Assembly (NCBI GenBank): GCA_965243135.1
Contig: OZ251539.1
Location: 5,910,236-5,974,235 of the forward strand
Direction: 5' to 3'
Origin: Alphaproteobacteria bacterium
Lineage (GTDB): Bacteria > Pseudomonadota > Alphaproteobacteria > MPNO01 > UBA830
Length of the DNA stretch: 64,000 bases
Made by a program: the position numbers and the translations under genes. Of this stretch, positions 40,317 to 50,799 are shown piece after piece; the stretch's first letter is position 1, and each line of letters begins with the position of its first letter. The notes beneath the pieces were generated by a model. That model searched no databases, was not told where the DNA came from, and worked only from the letters and a program-made list of their open reading frames with translations.

Positions 40317-42652
40317 CTAGTCCTGCCTGTCCCCCACAAATCGATACTAGACTTTTTGGTGCCGATTCGCTACGGTGCCCGGCATGGAGTTCCAGAACCA
40401 AGTCATCCGCAGTCTTCGCAGCGACCTCGCCCGGCTGCAAGGGCTGACCGGGACCAGCCGCAGCCAGCTGGTTGATCGGGTTTGCGCGGAGTTCGGGTTC
40501 CGGGACGCCCGTGGTCGCTGGCAACGCATGACCTGCCTGAAGGCCCTGACCGTTTTGGAGGCGGAAGGGCTTGTTTCGTTGCCGCCGTGTCGCAGCGTTC
40601 GGCAGCGTCGGCGGCGTGTTGTCGATCCGGTGGCGCCGGCGCACGGCGTGCCGGACGCGGTCGGCGCGGTCGAGGATTTGAAACTGGTTCTGGTGACAAA
40701 CGCACAGCAGCGCACGATCTGGGACGGGGGCGCACGAGCATCCGCGTGGCGCAGGGCCGTTCGTAGGTTGTCAGGTGCGTTGTTGGGTCCGCGCATGGCT
40801 GGCTGGGAGCTGTCGGGTTTGCGGCCTCGGCGCGCTGGCTGGCCTGTCGCGACCGTCGGTTGGGACGACGACAGACGGCGCGCTTGTTTGCACCGGGTAG
40901 TCGGTCTGTGTCGTTTTCTGATCCGGCCCGGGGTGTCGTGCCGTAACCTCGCCTCACATGTTCTGAACCGCGTGGTCCACAGGAAACGACTTCGAGGCGC
41001 GCTACGGCTACTGCCCGTATCTGCTGGAGACCTTCGTCAATGAGGACAAGCATACGGGAGCGAGCTTCCAGGCCGCAAACTGGCGGTGGGTGGGAAAGAC
41101 CAGCGGTCGCGGTCGCCGAGGGCGTGCGGCGGAGGCACCGAAAGCGGTGTACATGTATGAACTGGATGCGGGATGGCGGGAGCATCTGCGGGTACCGCGT
41201 CTTGTGCCGCTGGAGGTCGGAGCCGGCCTGGACCGGGAGAACTGGGCGGAACAAGAGTTCGGCGGCGCGCCGCTGGGGGATGCGCGTCTGAGCGCGCGTC
41301 TGGTGACTTGCGCCCGCCATCAGGCGGATGCGCCGATGCGAGCGTTCACAGGCGCTGCGAGAGGGGATCGGGCTTTGATAAAGGCTTACTACCGTCTGCA
41401 CGCCGGACAGGGATGCGGTCACGGTGGAGAATATCCTGCAACCGCATCGACGCCAGACGCTGCGGCGGATGCAAGGGGAGAAGACGGTGCTGTGCGTGCA
41501 GGACAGCAGCACGTTGAACTTCGCGAAGCGGGGAAAGACCGAAGGCTTGGGCATCATCGGGACGAACCAGACCGGTGCCGGAGCCCGAGGCCTGAACCTG
41601 CACGCTATGATCGCGGTCAACACGGAGGGGCTGCCGCTGGGGGTTCTGCGGGCAGCGTTCGACGCGCCGCAGCCGGGCGCGGAGAAGAACAAGCCTCGCG
41701 AGGAGAAGAAGTCGTACCGCTGGATCGAGGGTCTTCGGGACAGCGCCGAGGCTGCTTCTGCACTCGATGGCGTGCAGGTAGTCGGCGTCATGGACCGGGA
41801 AGCGGACTTCGTCGACCTGTTCGTTGAGCGCCGCGAGCGGACGCCGGGAGTGGAACTCCTGGTGCGGGCGAAGACGAACCGGGTTCTCGGTAAGAACGAC
41901 GCCGACAAGCTGTTCGACAAGGTGCGGAAAAGCCCGGCGCAGGGCAAGCGCGTCATCGAGATCAAGCGCCTGAGCGCGCGCATCAAAGCCAGCAAGCAGG
42001 CCGAGAAGGCCGTGCGAGAGCCCCGCCAGGCCGCGGTCGCGCTGCGTTACCTCAAGGTCGGGTTGCCGGCGAAGGGCAAGGCGCCCGTCGAGGTGACGAT
42101 CGTGCATGTCCGCGAGGAAAACCCGCCTACAGAAGCCGACCGGCTGGAATGGTTCCTGTTGACGACGCTGCCGGTCGAGAACGCCGACGACGCCGAACGC
42201 ATCCTGATGTGGTACGGCCTGCGCTGGAGAATTGAAGATTATTTCCGGGTCCTGAAGTCCGGCTGCAAGATCGAGGAACTGGAGAACCGGACGGCCGAGC
42301 GCCTGCAGCGCGCCGCCGCAATCAACATGGTCGTCGCCTGGCGGATTCACCTGATGGCCCGCCTCGGACGGGAATTGCCTGACCTGCCGCCCGAGATCCT
42401 GTTCTCGGACGTCGAACTCCGGGTGTTGGCGATCTTCGCTAAATCGCGCCGCAAGCACGCGCCGAAAAGCCTCGGAGAGGCCGTTTCCCTGGTCGCCGCA
42501 CTAGGCGGCTATTTCAAGCGCAAGCGGGACCCGCCAGGCGCGGAAGTGATGTGGTACGGCTACCTTCAACTCGCCGCAATGGCCTTTCACCAGGAACTTC
42601 AGGATGAATATTGTTAGTCCGGTATCGATTTGTGGGGCACAGGCAGGGCTAG
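40317..42652 (+). mobile_element. IS4-family (Tn5-like) element, copy 2, encoding a DUF4338-like::transposase fusion ORF (40375-42617, frameshifts about 40750-41000 and 41400)
   Basis: 31-bp IRs CTAG(T/C)CCTGCCTGT(C/G)CCCCACAAATCGATAC at 40317 and 42652. Orf MPGMEFQNQV... carries the DUF4338-like N- and C-terminal blocks, then continues without a stop into LGDARLSARLVTCA...AYYRL. After one frameshift it runs as an intact 397-aa Tn5-like catalytic region (DREADFVDLF, YGLRWRIEDYFRVLKSGC). Confidence 0.7.
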
Positions 42653-42829
42653 TCTTCGACTACCTGCGAATGACCGACAATACCCTCGGAAGACGAAGAC
42701 AGTCAGGAAATTAGAACAAAAAGGCCGTGGCCCAGCGCGCGGCAAACCGAACGCAGCGGACGGTGCAGGCCATACCTCTCCGCCAGGACGAACGCCCAGA
42801 CGGACACTCCGTATCGGGTGAAATACCCG

Positions 42830-43613
42830 CTCCGGGGCCGGGACCTCCCTTTCCTGCCCGCAGGTGCAAGTCGGGCGCAGGTCGTCGAACATGCCGAACG
42901 CGATCCTGTACTCGAGGACGTACGTCTCGTTGTAGCCGTTCGAGACCCAGGCCTTGCCGCAGTCCTTGCACTTGCGATCGTCCGGAACCGAATCCTCCTC
43001 GCGGACAGGCAGGTCCGGAAACGGCGTGCGGCCGTGCGACGGCGTTCCCGAACGGCGCCCCCGGCGTCCGCCGGAAGCCGTAGGCGGACGCTCGCTGCTG
43101 CGTCCGTACAGATCCCGAGTGAGCCTGCGGTTGCGGGCCTTCACGCTCTCTACGGCGGCAGCCTCCGGTTTCGCCGCCGACGCCCTGCGTCTCTTTCTCA
43201 GGTTCCGGGCCTGCGTCCGGCGGAAACGCCCTCGCCATTCCCTCGCCTCCTGGACCGCGCTCGCCAGCGCCTGGTCGCGCTCCGCAATCTCCCGGAGGAG
43301 GGCCGCATTCTCCCGGAGCAACGACGCAGGTGGAGTCTGACCGTCGCCCGACAGCTCGGTTCCGAGAAGCGCGCCTGCAGATTTGAACGCCATGGCGCAC
43401 AAGAACTAAAACCCGGTTTCCAGCAAAAATTTTGTCCGGCTGGACAGGTCGCTCCGCCCGCGAGATGCTGCGACAAAACCTGTTGCCGGGCTACCTGCCG
43501 GACGTGGCGCGACCCAGGATCACCGCCGTACCCGGTCAAGGAAGTCAGGCCGAACCCGGGACCGGAGGCGGCTCCTCAAAAAATAGACCGTCACTTGACG
43601 AGCGAACGCTTAC
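42830..43613 (-). mobile_element. IS66-family 5' remnant (IRL at 43613; transposase N-terminus with Zn finger), truncated by the IS4-like copy 2
   Basis: GTAAGCGTTCGCTCGTC (rev-comp of 43597-43613); MAFKSAGALLGTELSGDG...CKDCGKAWVSNGYNETYV.... Confidence 0.55.
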
Positions 43614-44007
43614 ATTGGGACGCGTTCCAATGTAGGATCGTCCCGTGTTCCGACGGTAGTTGCGTCCAATTCGGTACCCGAGGTACTCTAGTGGTTTCTC
43701 AGGCACTCGTAAGCCTTCTCCGCGTTTATCGGCAGTTTCAGCCTTTCCATGAGTGCTTCGACTGCCGCCAGCATCTTACTGGCCGACGCTTTGCCGAGCA
43801 CCACGCTGTCATCGGCGTAGTTGACGATCTTCGCGCAAAAGTTTTGAGCATAGCCCAATACCTTCCAGCCCAGAATGAAACGACGCATGTAGATGTTGCT
43901 GAGTAGAGGGGAGATCGGTGCTCCTTGCGGAGTGCCTTTCCTTTCCCTGCGCGCCCGGTTCGTGCGGCGTTTGCCGCCTTGTAAGCGTTCGGTCGTGGGG
44001 TGACGGT

Positions 44008-44877
44008 CTATTTGTTGAGGCTCTTCCTCCAGTCCCGCCGCAGGGGCTTCAGCCAGATGTTCTTGACCGGGAGAGCGCGTTCTTTCCGAGTATCGAGCTT
44101 GCCGCGGCCCTGTGTTTTGCCGACCTTGATCCAGTTGGCGGCCCGGTAGCAGCTTCCTTCGAAGCGCGGCGTCTCGCAGAAGGTCTCGAGCAGGACCGGA
44201 CGCAATGCGTAGCGGCGCTCCCAGTCGTCCGGCAGCCGTCGTTCGACCAGAGCGAGAATATGGGACGCGAGATTTTTCATCCGAACCCAGGGCAAGATCA
44301 GGAACCGGGCATTGTTGACCGCCAGCGGCAGGTTGCGGCGGCGGGTCTCGGGGTTCCATCCGACGAGTTCGTCCCTGGGCGCGATCTTCCAGGCTGCGGC
44401 GCCGAAGCCGAGGACGGCGAGGGGTTCGCCGCCAGCAGCCCGGACCAAGTATCGCATTTGCGCGCCGGGCAGCGTCGAGTAGCCGAGATAGTGGTAGCGA
44501 GCGACGAACTCGTTCCAGAGGCGGCCTTCGCCCGCGTTCCGGACAGGCTCCATGGCGACAGGTTGGACATCGGCGAGACGTTCGGGGACCAGGAACAGGG
44601 GCCTGTCGGTCGCGGGGCCGGGCACGATCGGACGGCGTACGGTCGGCGTTTGCCTTGGCGGCGGCAGGACGATCACGCCGTCGCGATGCATGCGCAGCAT
44701 GGCCACTCGCGCGCTCATATCCTTTAGGCCGCCGTCAGGCTTGCGCCAGTCGAGGCGCCGGCAGACCTCCCGCGACAGCGCCCGGCGGGTGAGGCTGCCC
44801 CTTCCGATCAGGGAGCGGATCATGTCGATCTCGTCCTCGGAGAAGTCGCGCCCGCAGTAGCGGCAAGGGCCGCCGCT
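44008..44877 (-). CDS. DUF4338-like IS-accessory protein (only intact copy in the window)
   Basis: GTG start overlaps the transposase stop (GTGA). CRYCGRDFSEDEIDMIRSL..., RYHYLGY, LAVLGFGAAAWKIAPRDELVGW, NNARFLILPWV, NLASHIL, LLETFCETPRFEGSCYRAANW, GKTQGRGK. Family assignment is from memory of Pfam DUF4338 and is unverified. Confidence 0.6.
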   Translation of the reverse strand, partial: SGGPCRYCGRDFSEDEIDMIRSLIGRGSLTRRALSREVCRRLDWRKPDGGLKDMSARVAMLRMHRDGVIVLPPPRQTPTVRRPIVPGPATDRPLFLVPERLADVQPVAMEPVRNAGEGRLWNEFVARYHYLGYSTLPGAQMRYLVRAAGGEPLAVLGFGAAAWKIAPRDELVGWNPETRRRNLPLAVNNARFLILPWVRMKNLASHILALVERRLPDDWERRYALRPVLLETFCETPRFEGSCYRAANWIKVGKTQGRGKLDTRKERALPVKNIWLKPLRRDWRKSLNK

Positions 44878-46680
44878 CACGGTCCCTGGGGGAGAGAGGG
44901 ATGCCAGGAGCGGAGGCGCTCCTCGCCTGCGCCCCACGGCAGCCAGGCAGCCGGGCCTTCGGGCGGCGGACCGCGATGACGGGCGCAAGCATCGAGATAA
45001 TCAAGCAGCCAGCTGTACGGCGAGACGCCGGCCATCTCGAGCGTGCCGAAGATGGAATAGAGCATGCCCGCCAACCGCGCTCCGTCCACGCTTTGCGACC
45101 CGAACGAAAGCTTCCGGCTGATCGCGAGGCCGCGCAAGCCGCGTTCGGCGGGGTTGTTGTCCATGGGAACGGCCGCGTTGTCCACGAAGGTTGTCAAACC
45201 GTCGCGGTGGCGCAGCAGGGAGTCCAGAGGGCCGCGTTGCGCCGCGCTCTCCGGGAGCGCGTCCCGCGCCTTTTTCGCCGCCGCGAAGAACGCTTCGGCG
45301 AACCTCGCGAGCCGCCGCTGGGCGGCGGCGTTGTCCGGGCGCGCCAGACGCCTGGCGTTGAGACGGTATAATGCCGCAATGCGACGAAGCCACTTTTGGG
45401 CGAACTGCGCGAGGTTCGGGTAGCCGGTCTCGAGGTTGACGAAGTCGCGTCTGGCATGGACCCAACAATATGAAAGGACGATGCACCCTTCCATGACGCG
45501 CGCCAGCTTCCGATAGGCGGAGTAGCGGTCGCAGACCAGGTGAGCCGCCTGTTCGGGCGAGCCGAGACCCTTGAACAGCTCAAGGGCGGCTTCCGCGCTA
45601 CGCGACGGCGAGGATGCGGACCGCGTCCGCCGCCCGGGCGATCCAGGCCCAAGCGCGAGCGTTGCCTCCGTCCTCTTCGCCCAACTCCCGTATCCACCAC
45701 CCTGTCTCGTCGCCGTGAATGATCGGCGCCTTCGACAGATGCCGGGAGATCTCTTCGTCGAGCGGCTCGAACAGGCGCAGGAACCGTCGCTGGGCGTCCG
45801 CCAACGTGCCGGGCGCAATGGCGAGCCCGTGCTGGCCCAGCGCGCGGCAGACCGAACGCAGCGGACGATGCAGGCCATACCTCTCCGCCAGGACGTTCGC
45901 CCAGACGGAGACTCCGTACCGAGTGTTCGGGAACAGCCGCGCCGGGGCCGGGCCGACAGCCTCCTTTTCCGGTCGGCAGGTACAGGCCGGGCGCAGCCGC
46001 TTCCGTCGAATCCTCCGGACATAGGTGACGGTCCTGGTCTCGACGATCTCCGTGTCTTTCCAACCGTTCGAGACCCAGGCTTTGCCGCAGTCCGGGCACG
46101 TGCGCTCGTCCGGAATCGACTCCTCCTCGCGAACGGGCAGCTCGGGGCGCTGCGTGCGACCATGCGACGGCGTTCCCTGATGGCGCCCCCGGCGTCGACC
46201 GGTTGCCGCAGGCCGCCGCTCGCTGCGGCGCCCGAACAGCTCCCGGGCAAACCTGCGGCTGCGGGACTCCAGACTCTCGTTCTCCGGCGTCTCCGCAGTT
46301 CGACACGGGGGCGGCACCTCATGTCTCTTTATCTCGGCGTCGCAGCAACACTTCTCCGCTTTCTGGACCGCGGTCTCCAGCTCCCGGCCGAGATCCGCAT
46401 TCTCCCGGCGCGACGCGGCCAGCGCCAGACTGAGATCCGCACTCTCCCGGCGCGCCGCGGCCAGCTCCCGGCCGAGATCCGCACTCTCCCGGCGCGCCGC
46501 GGCCAGCTCCCGGCCGAGATCCGCACTCTCCCGGCGCGCCGCGGCCAGCTCCCGGCCGAGATCCGCACTCTCCCGGCGCGCCGCGGCCAGCTCCCGGCCG
46601 AGATCCGCACTCTCCCGGCGCGCCGCGGCCAGGCCGCCGCCCGACAACTCGGTCTCCGGAAGTGAATGTTCGCTCGACAT
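44877..46680 (-). pseudogene. IS66-family DDE transposase (single-ORF ISBst12-like type), one frameshift near 45600
   Basis: MSSEHSLPETELSGGG, coiled-coil repeats, CPDCGKAWVSNG, HGDETGWWI...; then in a second frame DRYSAYRKL...CWVHARRDF...PMDNNPAERGLRG...SPYSWLLDYL. Confidence 0.7.
46381..46640. repeat. 42-bp tandem repeat (about 5.5 copies) inside the IS66 transposase N-terminal coiled-coil region
   Basis: CTCCCGGCCGAGATCCGCACTCTCCCGGCGCGCCGCGGCCAG units; encode ELAAARRESADLGR x5. Confidence 0.85.
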
Positions 46681-47798
46681 AGCGACCGTGGAGCCAAAAA
46701 CGCGTGTCCAGCCCCCGCCCGAATCATTCGCCAAGCTCAATCGAACGTTTACTCCGCGAGGAGCGCCGGGCCGCCAACCAGGGGTGGACAGCCTCAGGCA
46801 CCCGGAACGAACGCGTTCTCCCGGTCAAGGATGTCTGGTTGAACCCTTGCCTGGAGGCGGACTCTCAACACCGTCACCCCACGACCGAACGCTTACGCCG
46901 CCTTTGCCGTCGTCCTCTTCCACTGCCATTTCCAGCCATGCCCAGCCCAGCATTCGCCCGTCGCTTACGCGACGGGCGACGGACTTCGTCAGTTCCGCAT
47001 GAGGGGCCGAAGTAGTCGGACAGGTCTGCGTCCACCACCTCGTGGTAGCCTTGTCTCAGCAGCTGGTGCACCCGATTGACCGCGTCGAGTGCGCCTCTTT
47101 CCGGTCTGTAGGCATACTGCTCCGGTTGCAGGTCGGCTTCGAAGATCGGCGACAATATGAGCATCGCCGCCGTTTGCGCCACCCTGCGCAGGGGATGCCC
47201 AGGGGCCGGAATTTTCCGCGCTGTTTCTTTGGGACCTGCCGTACCGCGGTCGGTCGGTAGGTTCCTTCTTTCAAGTCCCGCGCCAGTTCCTCAAGCCATT
47301 GGTCCACTCCTTGCGCTTCGATATTCGCTATCGTCGTTCCGTCCGTCCCGGCAGTCCCTCCGTTTCGACGGACGTCCTGCCAAGCCGTGAACAGCACTTC
47401 GTAGCTCCATACCTTGTCGCATAGCGAGTAGAACCGGAAGCTCGGGGATTCCTTCGCTTGTAACGTTGTCTGGAGTCTCCGAACTTTCTCCGAGGCTGCT
47501 AGGCTTTTGCCAGTCCTCATGTCCTTTCTTCCTTCCAACGCTTCTCTCGACCCAAGGCCCCTTTCCTCCACCGGCATTACCCGGCTTCTCCGGTACTACG
47601 GGCCTCTCCGCCACCCTGCCGGCCCGGCCTGCCCCTCGCGGGGTTCCGGTTGACTCGTGCGCGTCACCGACAGGGCTTCCCGTGTTGCTGCTTCCTTCAT
47701 CTTCCATGCGTGCCGACCCCCGGCGGAAACGGTCGGTGCTCTTGTCGTTCTCTTCCCGACCGTCGGCGGCTTTCCCCTAGTTTCTGGAGGGTCAGCTT

Positions 47799-49413
47799 GG
47801 GTGTGGATCTCATATGGCTAAAATTGCATAAAGTGCAACATTATCAAGCTGCAAGGACTGTTATTTCCTGATTGTCATTTGCGGCAGGAACTCCGACCAT
47901 AGCTTGCCATGCTAAATCGAAACGGCCGGATCTTATCAATGCTCTGAAAGTGAGGACGTTCTGACCTCCTTCGATACTCCAACGCATGCCGGCCCGCTTC
48001 ATGCGCTGGTTGACCAGAACCTTGTTGGCAGCTTCGACAACGCCTGACCGCATAGCCCCTAGCGTTCAAGCTTGCATAGCGCATGCGGCGCCTGTGCTTC
48101 CGGAAAAACTTGAGCTCGCGTTCGAGATCCTTGAGCGCCGCCGTTGTCGTCGCCTTGTCGCGAAGATGGCGGATCGCCCGGATAACCTTGTCGATGCCGT
48201 TGGCGTCGTCACGCAGGACAGCGCGGTACTTATCGTACCAGTCGGTCGCGACCGCATGGTCGGCAACGTCGCTGAGATGTTCGCACGCATGAAAGAAATC
48301 GACTACCTGTTCGTCGGGTCGAAGTTTCTCGAGAAACGTCCAGTTGTCGGCTGCGGCATCGGCGACGGCAACGATCTGAAGGTCGGGCCGCACTTTCCGG
48401 ATGTGCTCGACTTCTTCGGTGATCTGCGCCTTCAGCGTCGTCTTGCCAGTTTCCGGCATCTGCGCATAATACAGTGTTTCCAGGCGATTGCCGTCCGCGT
48501 CATGGAAACTTATCGTACCGCAGGACGCTTCGCGCCAGCACGCTTCTTCATGCTCGTCGGGACGAAGCGCAACCATCACGCCATCGAGCGAGACGGCGAA
48601 GGAAACCGCTTCCGACGGCACCGGTTTCGCCTCGCGGATTTCGTCCAGGGCCGCTTGGCCTTTCTCCTTCCAGAGATCGCCCGCCGTCACCAGGAGGCGT
48701 CGCAGGTGGCTCGACGACGGGTTCATGCCCCCCAGCTTTCCGAAGAGTTTGGCCGCGTCTCTCGGCGTGCAGTGATCCATGACCAGGAGGGCGCGGTAAG
48801 CGGCGGGAACCGTGAGGTAACCGTCGACCAGACCCAGGCTTTCGTCGACGGGCATGATGGACGAATTTCGGGCGCGGTACCGAGAACGGTAATACGTGAC
48901 CGGACCGAACAACGTATTGATGGTTTTTGGCGTCGGCGCAGCCCGGTAGAAGACCTGATCCTCCCGGTGAATCGGACCTTGTTCGTCGTCTCGCGCTTCA
49001 ATGTAATCGCCTACGGCCGCACGACAGATCGTGAAAGCATGCTCCCTCAGCCTCGAAACCGGCGAACGCCTCGGAACCCTGTTCCCGTCGTTCGATTTCT
49101 TTGCAGATGAAGGCTGCGGCTGACCGAAGCGCCTCGGCGGTCGTCGCGGGGAGGTCCGAGAAGGACAAACCGGGGCTGTGATGCTGACATGGGAATGCTC
49201 CTGATGTTGTGTGTTGGTGCCAACATTCTGCCGCATCTTGCGGCTTGGAGCATTCCTTTTTTTGCTCTCCAACTCCCCCATCGCGACAAAATCCGCCCCC
49301 GGAACGGCGATTTGTCACGAAATCGCTGATTTCGGCCTCGCAGCGCCGCGACACGGACTTGGATAATCGTTGAAAATCAACGTCTTATGTAATCTTAGAT
49401 TTAGCCATATCAG
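47799..49413 (-). mobile_element. ISKra4-like element (1615 bp) with a frameshifted transposase (about 47844-49200); 8-bp target duplication
   Basis: IRs GGGTG(T/C)...ATCT-ATATGGCTAAA at both ends; direct repeats GTCAGCTT at 47791-47798 and 49414-49421. Transposase tail MKRAGMRWSIEGGQNVLTFRALIRSGRFDLAW is recalled as ISKra4-type. Family call is moderate confidence. Confidence 0.55.
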
Positions 49414-49781
49414 ATTTGCACCCGTCAGCTTCCGCATTACATGTTTCGAGGCCTGGTTCACTCGCGTTTCGGCCCGCATGTTCGCTGAGCGGCCTTCGCC
49501 GCCCATTTCCAGAGTGCTTCAGCCTACATCGTCACCTCCGTAAACCGCCCTGGCCGCTACCAACCGGAACGACAGTTGTTGGGTGGGATTCGCACCCACC
49601 AGAAGAAAGCGCCTTTCCACGGCGCACAAAAACCGCATAGTTGCGCCGCTATCGCGAGAACCGTCGCCAAAGCGCTGACCGCGACGACTTCGGAAGTCCT
49701 GCACCGTACTTAAATACTCGTACAGACTCCCCGTGATCCGGTATCTCGTCTACGTTCAATGTCTTGCAGTTCCAGATCTTA

Positions 49782-50412
49782 TTATCGGAAAGCATGCAGA
49801 GTTGCTTGCGGGCATCCTTTTCCAGCTGGAACATCTTTCTGGACGTTCCATGTTCGCGGTAACCGCCACATGCGTTCATATCCCTTTGTGAAACCAACGT
49901 CTCGCCAGTTCGCCGCTTGATAACACGTTCCCTCGAAACGGTCCGGATCTATAAAAGTCTCCGCCACTGGATGGCCGTATGCCGTCCGAAAGTCGGCCGA
50001 CAGGCGCTGGGTGCTGAGGGACAAAATATGGGACGCCAGGTTGTGTTGCCGCCAGGGCGGAAGAATCAGCAAGCGCGCGTTGTTCGCTACAAGATGCAAC
50101 CGGCGGCTACGCTGCTCGGGCGTCCAGCCATTGGTCGCGCGCTCGCAGCCGCCAAGCCGCCGCTTTCCAGCCCAGCAACGCCACCCATTCTCCGTCCGGG
50201 GCCACGGCGACATGCCGCACCGCCTCGCCGACCATGCCGCGGAACTCGAGGTAGTGGTGCTTCCGCATCGTCTCGTCCCACCGGTCGCGTTCCGCCGGGT
50301 CGAGCACCGGCCGAACGGCGATGTCGTCCGGCCCCCGTGTGTTTTTCGTCGTCGGCACATTGGCGGCAAAAACCGGAAATGTCCAGAAGAAAATTACCTG
50401 CCGGTATTTCAT
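49782..50412 (-). pseudogene. short-form DUF4338-like protein, one frameshift
   Basis: …RKHHYLEFRGMVGEAVRHVAVAPDGEWVALLGWKAAAWRLRARDQW… then …RLHLVANNARLLILPPWRQHNLASHILSL…VAETFIDPDRFEGTCYQAANW. Confidence 0.5.
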
Positions 50413-50584
50413 TCATCCCTTTCTTGAAGAGCCGTGTGCGCTGTCCGCAACGCCTTGAAATGCGGACAGCTTTCAGGAGTACCAAATTCTTTCCTCGGGT
50501 ACGGAAAACTGCGAATTCTTCGCGCCGGGACCGTGATTTTCGCAGATTCCATCCCACGGCCGGCCGGGCGACGCCCTTGGCCGC

Positions 50585-50765
50585 CCGCGTTCAGGCCATG
50601 GCCCGGCTTGCACCGGGTTTGCGGTGCGGCAACACTCGCCTTTCGTTCTGGAGACTGAGCACCCGCGAGGCCCTTGCGGGCTCGTCAGCGGGCGGGCGGA
50701 GCGGGCCGCGAGGCGCCGGCCGGGCGGCGAGCCGACAAAAAACGGCACAGCGCAAACGGCTCTTG
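50585..50765. repeat. ~180-bp GC-rich repeat, copy C2
   Basis: See C1 (35090-35272). Confidence 0.5.
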
Positions 50766-50799
50766 AACGGCTTTTTCCTTGTATTATCATTAGGTTAGG

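Larger units (their letters stand above)
43981..46896 (-). mobile_element. complete IS66-family element (2916 bp) with transposase plus coupled DUF4338-like ORF; 8-bp target duplication
   Basis: IRs GTAAGCGTTCGGTCGTGGGGTGACGGT at both ends; direct repeats GCCGCCTT at 43973-43980 and 46897-46904. Rejoining the flanks restores the group II RT reading frame. Confidence 0.8.
43614..49627 (-). mobile_element. group II intron remnant (5' end GTGCGCC at 49627; RT ORF start 47577) disrupted by three IS insertions
   Basis: RT pieces: 47577-46897 (LQAKESPSFRFYSLCDKVW...RPLGIP...YAYRPERGALDAV...DADLSDYF) and 43980-43614 (GTPQGAPISPLLSNIYM...YADDSVVL...LKLPINAEK...LEYLGYRIG). Domain-I-like GTGCGCCGTGGAAAGGCGC at the 5' end. 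Confidence 0.55.

Noticed and set aside
49649-49897. 82-aa AT-rich ORF upstream of the group II intron 5' end
   Set aside because: Overlaps the better-supported DUF4338-like pseudogene (49782-50412) in another frame; no independent support.
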